NCBI GenBank assembly: GCA_008080745.1
Contig: SHMX01000006.1
Span: 1-32,000, forward strand
Reading direction: 5' to 3'
DNA length: 32,000 nt
DNA from: Candidatus Thorarchaeota archaeon
Lineage (GTDB): Archaea; Asgardarchaeota; Thorarchaeia; Thorarchaeales; Thorarchaeaceae
In this document: in pieces, positions 19,505-28,224 of the stretch
Position numbering within the stretch: the stretch's first letter is position 1
Layout of the letters: each line of letters opens with the position of its first letter
Notes under the pieces: model-generated
The model's database searches: none
What the model saw: the letters and a program-made list of their open reading frames with translations, nothing else
What the model was told of the DNA's origin: nothing
Translations under genes and position numbers: made by a program

Positions 19505-19885
19505 CTACTTGAAAGTGGGTTCTCCGCCATCAGCCATTGGTAAGCCGTCTTCGAGAATCTTGCCTACGCAATAGCTCGGAAAATACAGGTCTCCATTTTC
19601 ATCAACTGCAAATACATAGTAAGAATATCTTTTTCCTTCCTCAGCCTCTTTATCCACGTACATAGTTTTAGTAGAGTCTATTGTAAAAGTTTTCAAGTCG
19701 TCGAAATCACTGCCACTCTCAATCAGTTTGGAACAAGGGGACTTGTAATCATAAGTTAATGAACGATAGATTCTCCATTCTTTTATTGAATCCACTCCCT
19801 TGGGTGGACGAAAGGATACATAAGCTCCTTCTTTGCGAATTCGAACGTTGGTAGGTCTCAAAGATTCGTCTGGATAGTTAGTCAT
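19505..19885 (-). CDS. Stand-alone FN3-like domain protein, paralog of the N-terminus of the downstream gene
   Basis: Gap-free alignment over 126 aa, 79 identities by hand count; ATG 19885 after a GGAG RBS. Confidence 0.85.
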   Translation of the reverse strand: MTNYPDESLRPTNVRIRKEGAYVSFRPPKGVDSIKEWRIYRSLTYDYKSPCSKLIESGSDFDDLKTFTIDSTKTMYVDKEAEEGKRYSYYVFAVDENGDLYFPSYCVGKILEDGLPMADGGEPTFK

Positions 19886-20002
19886 AGGATATATCTCCAC
19901 TTCTCACTCTAGGTCGGTTATGCCTCTCTAAACAAAATAAGGATTTATCCGACGAATTAGTAATATTTTAGATTCCTTTACTACACGAATAAAAGAAGAT
20001 GT

Positions 20003-20749
20003 TTGTCAAGAAATATTAGTCATAAAAACCATGAGCAATGTGATGTAATTATGAGTCAAGTGCGAATGCAACACGACAAGAAATCATTTTCCATATTTGT
20101 GGTCATAGCAGTTGTATTTCTTTCGCTACTGTTCATTCAGCTTGCAGGAGCTGTATTCATCCAGATTGGTATTCCAGCTTGGCTAGCATTTCTTATAGTT
20201 CCAGGTTCCTTACTTGGGAGTCTTGTTAATATTCCAATCTATACCATAGAATCGGATTCTGCACCTTGTGATGCCAAAGAATACAAACAGGTATGGCTAA
20301 TAACCTATCACATCGTTGGATCAGAATGTCCAGGAGAAACGATTGTCAGTATCAATCTGGGTGGCGCTGTTATCCCAGCAGTAGTAAGCGGATATCTTAT
20401 TTTTGTTAATCTGGCAGGTATTATCCCAATTCTTCTAGCAATTAGTATAGTTGCAATCTTTGTAAGAGCAATAGCTAAAGTCGATCCCGATATTGGAATC
20501 ATGACACCAGCCCTACTACCTCCACTTGCAGCTGCACTCATGACTATGATTGTAATGAGTTTATTTCCAATAGGAATTAATGCTTATGCTATTGCATATA
20601 TCTCAGGAACTCTAGGTACCTTAATTGGAGCGGATCTGTTGAATGCTCATAGATTTGATGAATTTAAAACGGATCAGGTATCAATCGGTGGAGCAGGTAC
20701 TTGGGATGGTGTATTTTTAACGGGAATTATTGCGGTATTTCTCGTATAA
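20003..20749 (+). CDS. DUF1614 family membrane protein
   Basis: GSLVNIP, INLGGAVIP, GTLIGADLLN, SIGGAGTWDGVFLTGI motifs. The true start may be a downstream ATG. Confidence 0.85.
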   Translation: MSRNISHKNHEQCDVIMSQVRMQHDKKSFSIFVVIAVVFLSLLFIQLAGAVFIQIGIPAWLAFLIVPGSLLGSLVNIPIYTIESDSAPCDAKEYKQVWLITYHIVGSECPGETIVSINLGGAVIPAVVSGYLIFVNLAGIIPILLAISIVAIFVRAIAKVDPDIGIMTPALLPPLAAALMTMIVMSLFPIGINAYAIAYISGTLGTLIGADLLNAHRFDEFKTDQVSIGGAGTWDGVFLTGIIAVFLV

Positions 20750-20780
20750 GAAGTTGAGAGAAGAAAGGAGTTTTCTTCCT

Positions 20781-21110
20781 CTAACTCTCGCCTTTCTTCT
20801 TGTAGGTATCGGTCTTCTCGCGTTCTTCTTTTTTACCCATAGGAAGAGGTCCTTTCCCAGATGTTTCTTGTCCAGCTCGATGTGAATCATCTGTCGGGTA
20901 AGAACTGGAAGATACACCAGTTCCTGTTGGATCTGGACTTTTTCTATCGGGACTTCTTGCAATAGTTTCTGTGTGAAGATGACCTGCATGCATCGCACGA
21001 CGAATTAGAAAACCAGCTACGAAGATAGCTACTAGTACTGCTGCAAGAGCTATAACTAAAAATGCGAATGAAGAGGGATCGAATATAGGGGATGGATCAA
21101 ATGGTTGCAT
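20781..21110 (-). CDS. Small single-TM protein, paralog 3 of a tandem trio
   Basis: N-terminal TM; PDPTGTGVSSSSYPTDDSH motif; Lys-rich tail; GGGGTGA RBS. Confidence 0.75.
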   Translation of the reverse strand: MQPFDPSPIFDPSSFAFLVIALAAVLVAIFVAGFLIRRAMHAGHLHTETIARSPDRKSPDPTGTGVSSSSYPTDDSHRAGQETSGKGPLPMGKKEEREKTDTYKKKGES

Positions 21111-21198
21111 ACATACAGATTCTCACCCCATGTTATAAATCTTAACAATGTTGAAGAATTTAGGAATTCTTAAGGAATAGCTAAGATTCTCATTTGAC

Positions 21199-21483
21199 TT
21201 AGTCCTCACTGTATCTGCGATGTGTTTCAGTCTTTTTACGGTCCTTCTTTTTGCCTATTGGAAATCCACCCTTATCAGAAGCACGATACATTGGTGAGTA
21301 TGACTCATCATAAGGATATGAACCTGATAAGGCACCACTACCTTTAGGATCAGGTTGTCCTGGTTGACCAATCCGGGTTACTTTACGAGAATCGTATGGA
21401 TTCTGACGCATCAGCCAGATAAATAGCACTAACACCAGCCCAGCCATAACTAAAATGAATGTTCCTGCGAATTCTATTTGCAT
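21199..21483 (-). CDS. Small single-TM protein, paralog 2 of a tandem trio
   Basis: N-terminal TM; PDPKGSGALSGSYPYDESY motif; FPIGKKKDRKKT tail. Confidence 0.78.
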   Translation of the reverse strand: MQIEFAGTFILVMAGLVLVLFIWLMRQNPYDSRKVTRIGQPGQPDPKGSGALSGSYPYDESYSPMYRASDKGGFPIGKKKDRKKTETHRRYSED

Positions 21484-21548
21484 TGTTATACGAACTTATC
21501 CTATAATGAAATAAAGTTATTCAAAACTTATAATGCTTATTCGGAAAT

Positions 21549-21812
21549 TTAGAAATTTTTGTCCTTAACATCTTTTACAGGGTTTGGGTTCACTTCATCA
21601 CAATAACGTAGAGCTGGATGATATGAATCACCGTATGGAGAGGAACCGGATAGAGCACTTCTACTTCGGGGATCTGGCTTCTTTAATAGATATTCAAGAT
21701 TCCTTGAGGTTGTGCTTTCTTGTTCCTGACGATTTATCAAAACACATAGAAACACTGTAATTGCAACAATGAAGATTACCACGGGTCCAGCAATATCAAC
21801 CTGCATATTCAT
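21549..21812 (-). CDS. Small single-TM protein, paralog 1 of a tandem trio
   Basis: MNMQVDIAG start after an AGGA RBS; TM; PDPRSRSALSGSSPYGDSY motif. Confidence 0.72.
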   Translation of the reverse strand: MNMQVDIAGPVVIFIVAITVFLCVLINRQEQESTTSRNLEYLLKKPDPRSRSALSGSSPYGDSYHPALRYCDEVNPNPVKDVKDKNF

Positions 21813-21913
21813 GTGATTATTCCTTAGATAGTTGAAAAATATTTTCAAATAACTACGGTTGAAACCTATCCAAGTATTCGCCCATTTACATCCAGATTTA
21901 CTTTAATCAAAAA

Positions 21914-22696
21914 TCAAATTTTAGATATATGGAATATAATATAGTAACCCAGAAGGATAATCATACCAATTCCGATTAGAACAGGAATCCAAAGACCAGT
22001 CCAAAATGAGAAACCTGTCCAAAATGCAATACTTACAAGAAGACTGCTTGAAACATCAGCATTGATATCTTCAGAAATCCAAATATTCTCTGCCACTAAT
22101 AGATGCATCATTACGGAAGCAATCAGTGCTGTAAGAAACCAACCAGCGTAATTAGAAAGCGGAATCCCATAGTAGGGACCTGGTTCTCCCCAGACCCATA
22201 TATTCAGCACTACCGCTGCTGGATCAAGAATCAAATCAACTATCACAAGTAGTAATGCACTTAGGGGTATTGCGAGAACTGCCTTCTTACTCAATTTGTT
22301 TGCAATTGTTATAGAACCTAATACGAGTGGGGCAAATGCAAAAGAAACACTCCATGGAACAAGGTCAAGAATCTTGAATCCCATCTGGTCTGTGTATTCA
22401 AACGGTCCATAAGGAAAACCTGTGATTATCCCTATAGCTTCTATAATAATGGGAAATATACTGAAAAGTGTAATAATTAGAATTGCGCGAATGGGCGTTG
22501 TCCAACGATACAGGAAGAAATAGGAGGGCAATGCAATAGCTACTATGAAAAGAGCTGATACCCATGTGGCTTGCTCCCCAATGGGTACATTAGCAACTAA
22601 CCAGCTTACAAAGAAGAACACTACGGAAAAGATAGTTATGAATAATTTCTTAGTTCCCTCTACAGGATCTCTGTAGATTGACTTGATGCGTTCCAT
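21914..22696 (-). CDS. cruF: Carotenoid 1,2-hydratase, CruF/DUF422 family (bisanhydrobacterioruberin hydratase-like)
   Basis: IEAIGIITGFPYGPFEYT, DLILDPAAV, WVW..PGPYYGIPLSNYAGW. ATG 22696 overlaps the lyeJ stop (TAATG). Confidence 0.85.
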   Translation of the reverse strand: MERIKSIYRDPVEGTKKLFITIFSVVFFFVSWLVANVPIGEQATWVSALFIVAIALPSYFFLYRWTTPIRAILIITLFSIFPIIIEAIGIITGFPYGPFEYTDQMGFKILDLVPWSVSFAFAPLVLGSITIANKLSKKAVLAIPLSALLLVIVDLILDPAAVVLNIWVWGEPGPYYGIPLSNYAGWFLTALIASVMMHLLVAENIWISEDINADVSSSLLVSIAFWTGFSFWTGLWIPVLIGIGMIILLGYYIIFHISKI

Positions 22697-23565
22697 TAGA
22701 ATACCCCCATGAGTGGTAGACCTACTGCAAAGAATAGAACCATTCCAAAAATTCCTGTATAAATAGGAAAGTACCAATATGATTTCTCTACGCTAACTGA
22801 TGGTTGAATCAACAAGTAGAGTGGAATAAGCGGATATATGAACATCATGAGATTCCATGGAGCATACCATGGTGGATACCAAGGTGCCATGAATGTAAGA
22901 ATTATCGCAAAAAGTAACCAGAAGATAAAACACAATATCAGAGACAGCCTTTTTCCCATAATAACTGCAGTCGTTTTGATGTCGGCTTTGGTATCAGCTT
23001 CTATATCAGGAATTGCTGAAAACAGTTGCATTGCTGAAGTCCAGAAGAAAGCGGCAAGAAGTGGAAGGGGTGGTGGGATAATGGATGTAACTTGATAATA
23101 TGCTAGTAATGCAGGAATAACGTACAGAAAATTAGAAGCAAAATCAAGTATTGGTACAGCTTTGAATCTGAAGGGTTTTACACTATACATTATCGATAAT
23201 GACATCCAGCTAGCAAAAAGCAGAATAGCGGTTATATCGGGCTGGAAAGCCATCAGTACAAAACCATAGATGAATGAGAGTGCAACTAAAGTATAGAGCT
23301 TTAGTTTATCCCTTTCAGCAGCACGATATTCTTTCTCATCTTTCTTAGGATTGAACATATCTGTATCTTTGTCAGAAATGTCATTGACACCATAGAGTAA
23401 AATGTTGGCTGGAATCATGAAGTAGAATAGATGTGCAATAAAGTAAGAATCCATTAACTGACTAATACTGGTGATTCCAATGATGTAGCCAATTAGGTAG
23501 GTACCTCCCAGATACAGCCAGAAACGTATCCGAGAAACTTTGAATGCTAGTCGAAAGATGTTCAT
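22696..23565 (-). CDS. lyeJ: UbiA-family prenyltransferase, lycopene elongase/hydratase-like
   Basis: SRIRFWLYL, LYGVNDISDKDTDMFNPKK, YSVKPFRFK.VPILD..SN.LY, FSAIPDIEAD; lies between crtD and cruF as in haloarchaea. Confidence 0.85.
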   Translation of the reverse strand: MNIFRLAFKVSRIRFWLYLGGTYLIGYIIGITSISQLMDSYFIAHLFYFMIPANILLYGVNDISDKDTDMFNPKKDEKEYRAAERDKLKLYTLVALSFIYGFVLMAFQPDITAILLFASWMSLSIMYSVKPFRFKAVPILDFASNFLYVIPALLAYYQVTSIIPPPLPLLAAFFWTSAMQLFSAIPDIEADTKADIKTTAVIMGKRLSLILCFIFWLLFAIILTFMAPWYPPWYAPWNLMMFIYPLIPLYLLIQPSVSVEKSYWYFPIYTGIFGMVLFFAVGLPLMGVF

Positions 23566-23595
23566 GATAGTGACGTACCTACTTGGAAGGTCTAT

Positions 23596-25065
23596 TTATT
23601 CTTTCATCTCCTCATAAATCAAATCAGCTACAATCTCTGCAGAGATGAGTGCCATTGGTACACCTATCCCTGGGTGTGTGTACTGTCCCACATAGAATAG
23701 GTTGTCTACCTTCTTACTCTTGTGACTTGGTCTAAAGAATGCAGACTGCCAAAATGAGTGTGTAAGTCCTACAGCGGTTCCTCGATAGGCATTATAAGCT
23801 TCGGAAAAATCATCCAGAGTAAACACACGTTGTACTATGATCGAGTCGCGGATATTTGTCTTCAGCACCTTCTCTATGTGATCTACCATTTTATTGAAAT
23901 ATGACTCGCGAATCTCTGGAGTATCCTCAATTCCTGGAGCTAAGGGTACTGTCACAAAGATATTCTCATGATTTGGTGGGGCAACAGAAGAATCCGACTT
24001 TGATGTGCAACACAAGTAGTAAGCAGGTTTGTCAGGCCATTGTGGATTTTCAAATATTTGCTCAAAATGTTCGACCCAATCATGGTCTAGAATTACATTG
24101 TGGTGAGTAAGGTTATCTATGGTCTTATTGAGGCCGACATACATAACATAAGCTGAGGGGGCTATGGTCTTCTTCTCCCAGTATCCTATGTCATAAGTTT
24201 TGTACTTTTCCGGAATATAATTTATTTCAACATGAGGATAATCTGCATTGACTACAACTACGCCAGCCTCCATCTCACCATTATTTGTTATAATTCGATG
24301 TACTCGACCATCAGATATCTGTAAATCAGTTACTTCGGTACCATATTTTATACTACCACCATGCTGTTCTGTCAGGGCAACTAGCCCCTCTACTATCTTA
24401 CCCATACCACCCATCGGATACCAAACACCCAGATTATAGTCGATATGAGAAATCATGGAATAAAGAGCTGGGGTGTTCTTGGGATTGCCTCCCAGAAATA
24501 CGATAGTATATTGTAGGATTTTTTGTACTCGTTCATCATCAAAGTATTTTCGAATGAGTTTATCCATATTTGAGAGAATTGAGAGTTTCCAGCCTGCAGC
24601 CATAAGTTTTGGACTTAGCATAGACCGTAACCCTGAGAGATCTTCATACATGAGACCCTCCATTAGGTAATCGTATTTATCCTGAGCCTGTTTTAGATAG
24701 TCTTCAAATTTTTCAGCACCATTATCTTCAAGTCTATCGAATAATTCCTTATTCTTCTCTAAATCTGCAGAGATATCAATCACTTCATGATCTGGGAAGA
24801 AGAATCGATAAGATGGATCTAATCGTACCAATTCGTAGAAATCACTCACCTTTTTTCCAAAGAGATCAAAATAATGTTCGAATACTTCAGGCATTAAATA
24901 CCATGAAGGTCCCATATCAAATACGAATCCATCTTTTGCCCAAATTCGGGCTCTTCCACCAGGTTCTTGATTTTTCTCAAGAACTGTTACATTATGTCCT
25001 TCTAGGGCTAACAGTGCCGCAGTGGCAAGACCTCCAACTCCAGCGCCAACTATCTTCACATCCAT
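23596..25065 (-). CDS. crtD: Phytoene-desaturase-family enzyme, probable carotenoid 3,4-desaturase
   Basis: IVGAGVGGL, FDMGPSWYLMP, QYTIVFLGG.PKNTPALY, HPGIGVPMALISA; first gene of crtD-lyeJ-cruF. CrtD rather than CrtI is inferred from synteny and motif style. Confidence 0.75.
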   Translation of the reverse strand: MDVKIVGAGVGGLATAALLALEGHNVTVLEKNQEPGGRARIWAKDGFVFDMGPSWYLMPEVFEHYFDLFGKKVSDFYELVRLDPSYRFFFPDHEVIDISADLEKNKELFDRLEDNGAEKFEDYLKQAQDKYDYLMEGLMYEDLSGLRSMLSPKLMAAGWKLSILSNMDKLIRKYFDDERVQKILQYTIVFLGGNPKNTPALYSMISHIDYNLGVWYPMGGMGKIVEGLVALTEQHGGSIKYGTEVTDLQISDGRVHRIITNNGEMEAGVVVVNADYPHVEINYIPEKYKTYDIGYWEKKTIAPSAYVMYVGLNKTIDNLTHHNVILDHDWVEHFEQIFENPQWPDKPAYYLCCTSKSDSSVAPPNHENIFVTVPLAPGIEDTPEIRESYFNKMVDHIEKVLKTNIRDSIIVQRVFTLDDFSEAYNAYRGTAVGLTHSFWQSAFFRPSHKSKKVDNLFYVGQYTHPGIGVPMALISAEIVADLIYEEMKE

Positions 25066-25162
25066 GTTTAAACACACACCTTAACAATCTCTAATAGAAT
25101 CCTTCATCCCTAATAACCTAATTGTTCAAATTCAAAAATTTTATCGGAAAGTTTTAGAAAAC

Positions 25163-25195
25163 CGTCAAATTAGAGAACGATATTCGTCAATATCG
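25163..25195. promoter_or_regulatory. Candidate operator in the divergent crtD/crtB intergenic region
   Basis: Perfect inverted repeat CGATATT-cgtc-AATATCG (25178-25195) at the centre of the region; CGTCAA direct repeat at 25163 and 25185. Confidence 0.4.
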
Positions 25196-25300
25196 AAAGG
25201 GAACTAACCAACTATTTAATAATACGAAAGTTATAAGATTCGCACTATATTAGGAGAAAAAATCAGGGAATAATTCATTATTTGATGGAGGATTCAAATA

Positions 25301-26305
25301 ATGGGGTGTCCAAAAAGGTGTGTGCAAGTGTTTAGTGATTACAAGGCCCATCTCACAGTGCTGCCTTCGCAGATTGAGATAATAGAAGAAATAGAACAAG
25401 ATAATTTAGAACATGCTTATGACTATTCATTGAACCTATTCAAGTTACATGCAAAGTCATTCTACTTCGCATCAAGGTATTTGGAGGAAAAAGAACGAAG
25501 AGCGTTTGCAGCGCTCTATGGATTTTGTAGATTAGCAGACGATTTTGTAGATGAGATAAATCTTGAAATTTCGGAGATAGATAAGGAATTAGACATTCTC
25601 AAAGATATGACATCAGGACTTGCCAAAGGCAAGACATACAATCATCCGTTGTTTCTTGCTTTTGGAGATACCATGATTAGATATAAGATTCCTGTCAGGT
25701 ATTTACATGAACTCATTGAAGGAGTTCGTATGGATGTAAATCTAGATGAAATTAAAACTGAGAAAGAATTGGAGAAATATTGTTATCACGTAGCATCAAC
25801 AGTTGGTCTCATGATGTGTCATATATGGGGAAGTACTCGAAGAGATACATTAGAAAGAGCTGCTGACCTTGGACATGCATTACAGCTTACTAACATCCTC
25901 AGGGATGTTGCTGAAGACTATGATAATGGTAGAATATACATACCTTTGGAAACCAGAGAATTGTTTCGAGTCACAGCTAATGAGTTTGAACTTCGTGAGG
26001 TACGACCTAATTTTCAGAGGTTAATTGAACATGAGATTCATCGAGCAAGAACTCTTTATGCTAGATCTGAAGTTGGTATACCCGATTTACCTCCAGCGGG
26101 ACAATTCACAGTAAAAGTTGCGTCTAGAGTATATGCATCCATTATGTCCGAAATCGAGAAGATGGACTATCAAGTTTTCAAGAAACGTGCAATTGTTCCC
26201 AAATGGAAGAAAATCTGGATAGCTTATCGCGTTCGTTCGGAGTATTTAAGAGAGAAAAAGGCTTACGAGCGAAAAATGGCGGATGGGATTAGACAGATCG
26301 CATAG
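25301..26305 (+). CDS. crtB: Phytoene synthase
   Basis: HAKSFYFAS, YGFCRLADDFVD, YCYHVASTVG, LQLTNILRDVAED..GRIYIP. Confidence 0.93.
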   Translation: MGCPKRCVQVFSDYKAHLTVLPSQIEIIEEIEQDNLEHAYDYSLNLFKLHAKSFYFASRYLEEKERRAFAALYGFCRLADDFVDEINLEISEIDKELDILKDMTSGLAKGKTYNHPLFLAFGDTMIRYKIPVRYLHELIEGVRMDVNLDEIKTEKELEKYCYHVASTVGLMMCHIWGSTRRDTLERAADLGHALQLTNILRDVAEDYDNGRIYIPLETRELFRVTANEFELREVRPNFQRLIEHEIHRARTLYARSEVGIPDLPPAGQFTVKVASRVYASIMSEIEKMDYQVFKKRAIVPKWKKIWIAYRVRSEYLREKKAYERKMADGIRQIA

Positions 26306-26338
26306 AATTTCTATGATTTCTCAGGAGGGAGAAATAGA

Positions 26339-27841
26339 ATGAATACAAAGAAAAACAAAGAAATAGTAGTAATAGGCGGAGGTCTCGGAGGACTTGCAGC
26401 TTCCATTAGAATGCAGGCTGCAGGACATTCGGTGACACTCCTTGAGAAACGCCATCAATTGGGTGGAAGAGCAGGTGTATTTGAAAGAAAGGGTTATGTG
26501 TTTGATACTGGACCTACCATACTGACCCCACCAATGGTTGTAGATGACCTGTTTCAAACTGCAGGTAAAGAAACATCGGAATATGTACAACTTGAGAAGG
26601 TATCTCCAAAATACAGATTATACTTTTCTGATGGAAGCAAGATGGACTATTCTGGTGAGGAAGAGAACATCTCTCAGATTGAGAAGATGAGCCCAAAAGA
26701 TGTTGAAGGATATAAGAAATTCCTCAAAAGAGTTAAACCGATTTACGAATTAGGTTTTGAGAAATTTGGTTCCATGCCCTTTGAGAGTATTTTTCAAATG
26801 GCTAAGATGGGACCTGCTGGGTTGAAGCATAAGGCATACAGGAGTGTATATGGATTTGTTTCAAGTTATGTGAAAGATCCAAGACTCCGTATTGCAATGT
26901 CATTTAATCCACTGTTTATTGGTGGCAATCCCTTCACCACAACAGCGATATATACTCTGATAACCTACATTGAAGAGAAGCACGGAGTATGGTGGGTAAA
27001 GGGCGGCACGCACAAACTTGTAGAGGCAATGGGACAACTGATTAACGATTTAGGCGGGCAGTATCATCTCAACTCTGAAGTATCGCAAATTCATGTCACC
27101 GATAAGAAGCGAGTAAAGAGTGTTGAAACCATTGATGGATCAGTATATGATGCAGACATTGTCATCTCGAATGCTGATACTGCACATACCTACATGAGTC
27201 TCATTGACAGCAAATATCGTAAAAAGAACAAGGATAAGCGATACAGAAAAGCCAAGTATAGTATGAGTCTGTTTATGACTTACTTCGGCGTGAAGAAGAA
27301 ATACGAGGATATGGTTCAACACAGCATTGTTTTTGGTCCCCGATATAAGGACCTAATTGAAGACATCTTCAAGAAGCACATTGTTCCAGATGACTTCTCA
27401 ACATATCTTCATATCCCAACTCGAAATGATCAGAGTCTTGCACCTCCGGGATGTGAAGCCATGTACGCATGCACACCAGTCACGAACTTGGAAGGAGAGG
27501 TCAATTGGGAGGAAAAGAAGGATGAATTCCGAGATCATATTCTCGGTACATTGGATAAGTCGGTTCTACCAGGATTGCTAGACAATCTCGAAGTGGCAGA
27601 AGTCTTTACCCCTGCAGACTATGAGAGAGAGTTCCATTCATTCCGTGGTAGCGGATTTCAATTGCAGCCAATTCTACTCCAATCTGGATCCTTCAGACCC
27701 CACAATCGGTCAAAGGATGTCAAGGGACTTTATCTGGTTGGTGCAGGAACGCATCCTGGAGCTGGAGTTCCTAGTGTCATCATGAGTGCAGACATCACCT
27801 CGCAATGTATCTTTGAGGATATAGAAAAAGAGAAGATATAA
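26339..27841 (+). CDS. crtI: Phytoene desaturase
   Basis: VIGGGLGGL, FDTGPTILT, SFNPLFIGGNPF, YSMSLFMTYFG, FRPHNR, LVGAGTHPGAGVPSV. Confidence 0.88.
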   Translation: MNTKKNKEIVVIGGGLGGLAASIRMQAAGHSVTLLEKRHQLGGRAGVFERKGYVFDTGPTILTPPMVVDDLFQTAGKETSEYVQLEKVSPKYRLYFSDGSKMDYSGEEENISQIEKMSPKDVEGYKKFLKRVKPIYELGFEKFGSMPFESIFQMAKMGPAGLKHKAYRSVYGFVSSYVKDPRLRIAMSFNPLFIGGNPFTTTAIYTLITYIEEKHGVWWVKGGTHKLVEAMGQLINDLGGQYHLNSEVSQIHVTDKKRVKSVETIDGSVYDADIVISNADTAHTYMSLIDSKYRKKNKDKRYRKAKYSMSLFMTYFGVKKKYEDMVQHSIVFGPRYKDLIEDIFKKHIVPDDFSTYLHIPTRNDQSLAPPGCEAMYACTPVTNLEGEVNWEEKKDEFRDHILGTLDKSVLPGLLDNLEVAEVFTPADYEREFHSFRGSGFQLQPILLQSGSFRPHNRSKDVKGLYLVGAGTHPGAGVPSVIMSADITSQCIFEDIEKEKI

Positions 27842-27850
27842 TAGAACTAG

Positions 27851-27867
27851 AGGCCGAAAGGCCTTTT
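27851..27867 (+). terminator. Hairpin AGGCC-GAAA-GGCCT followed by a T-tract after crtI
   Basis: 5-bp stem with GAAA tetraloop, 9 bp after the crtI stop, followed by ttt. Confidence 0.6.
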
Positions 27868-27885
27868 ACGTATTTTAATAATTTA

Positions 27886-28224
27886 TTGCAGAATTATGTA
27901 ACAAATTGCTATCAGATGGGGTTGCTAGAATTATTTATGGAAATGTGTAAAATAGGAAAAGCACTATCGTCTGAGGTCCGATGTTTTTTACTCACAATCT
28001 TAGAGATACCATTATCACTATCTGGTATTTGTGATACATTGGAAAAGATGGGTATTTATAGACTCAGAAGAGAAACAATCTATAGACATTTAGAAATTTT
28101 AACGAATGCGGGTCTGGTTGAAAAAGAATACCATAGAACAGATAAGATTCTGAAATATACGACTATAAAAGGAAATATGATATTGAATCTGCTAGAAGGT
28201 ACTGTTGAAATTATTGGTGACTAA
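27886..28224 (+). CDS. ArsR-like winged-helix transcriptional regulator
   Basis: EVRCFLLTILEIPLSLSGI...RETIYRHLEILTNAGLVEK. Start uncertain. Overlaps the MTase ORF. Confidence 0.75.
   Translation: MQNYVTNCYQMGLLELFMEMCKIGKALSSEVRCFLLTILEIPLSLSGICDTLEKMGIYRLRRETIYRHLEILTNAGLVEKEYHRTDKILKYTTIKGNMILNLLEGTVEIIGD

Noticed and set aside
21914-27841. Retinal/rhodopsin phototrophy module
   Set aside because: No lycopene cyclase, blh/brp or opsin gene is in the window; the genes point to acyclic C50 products.
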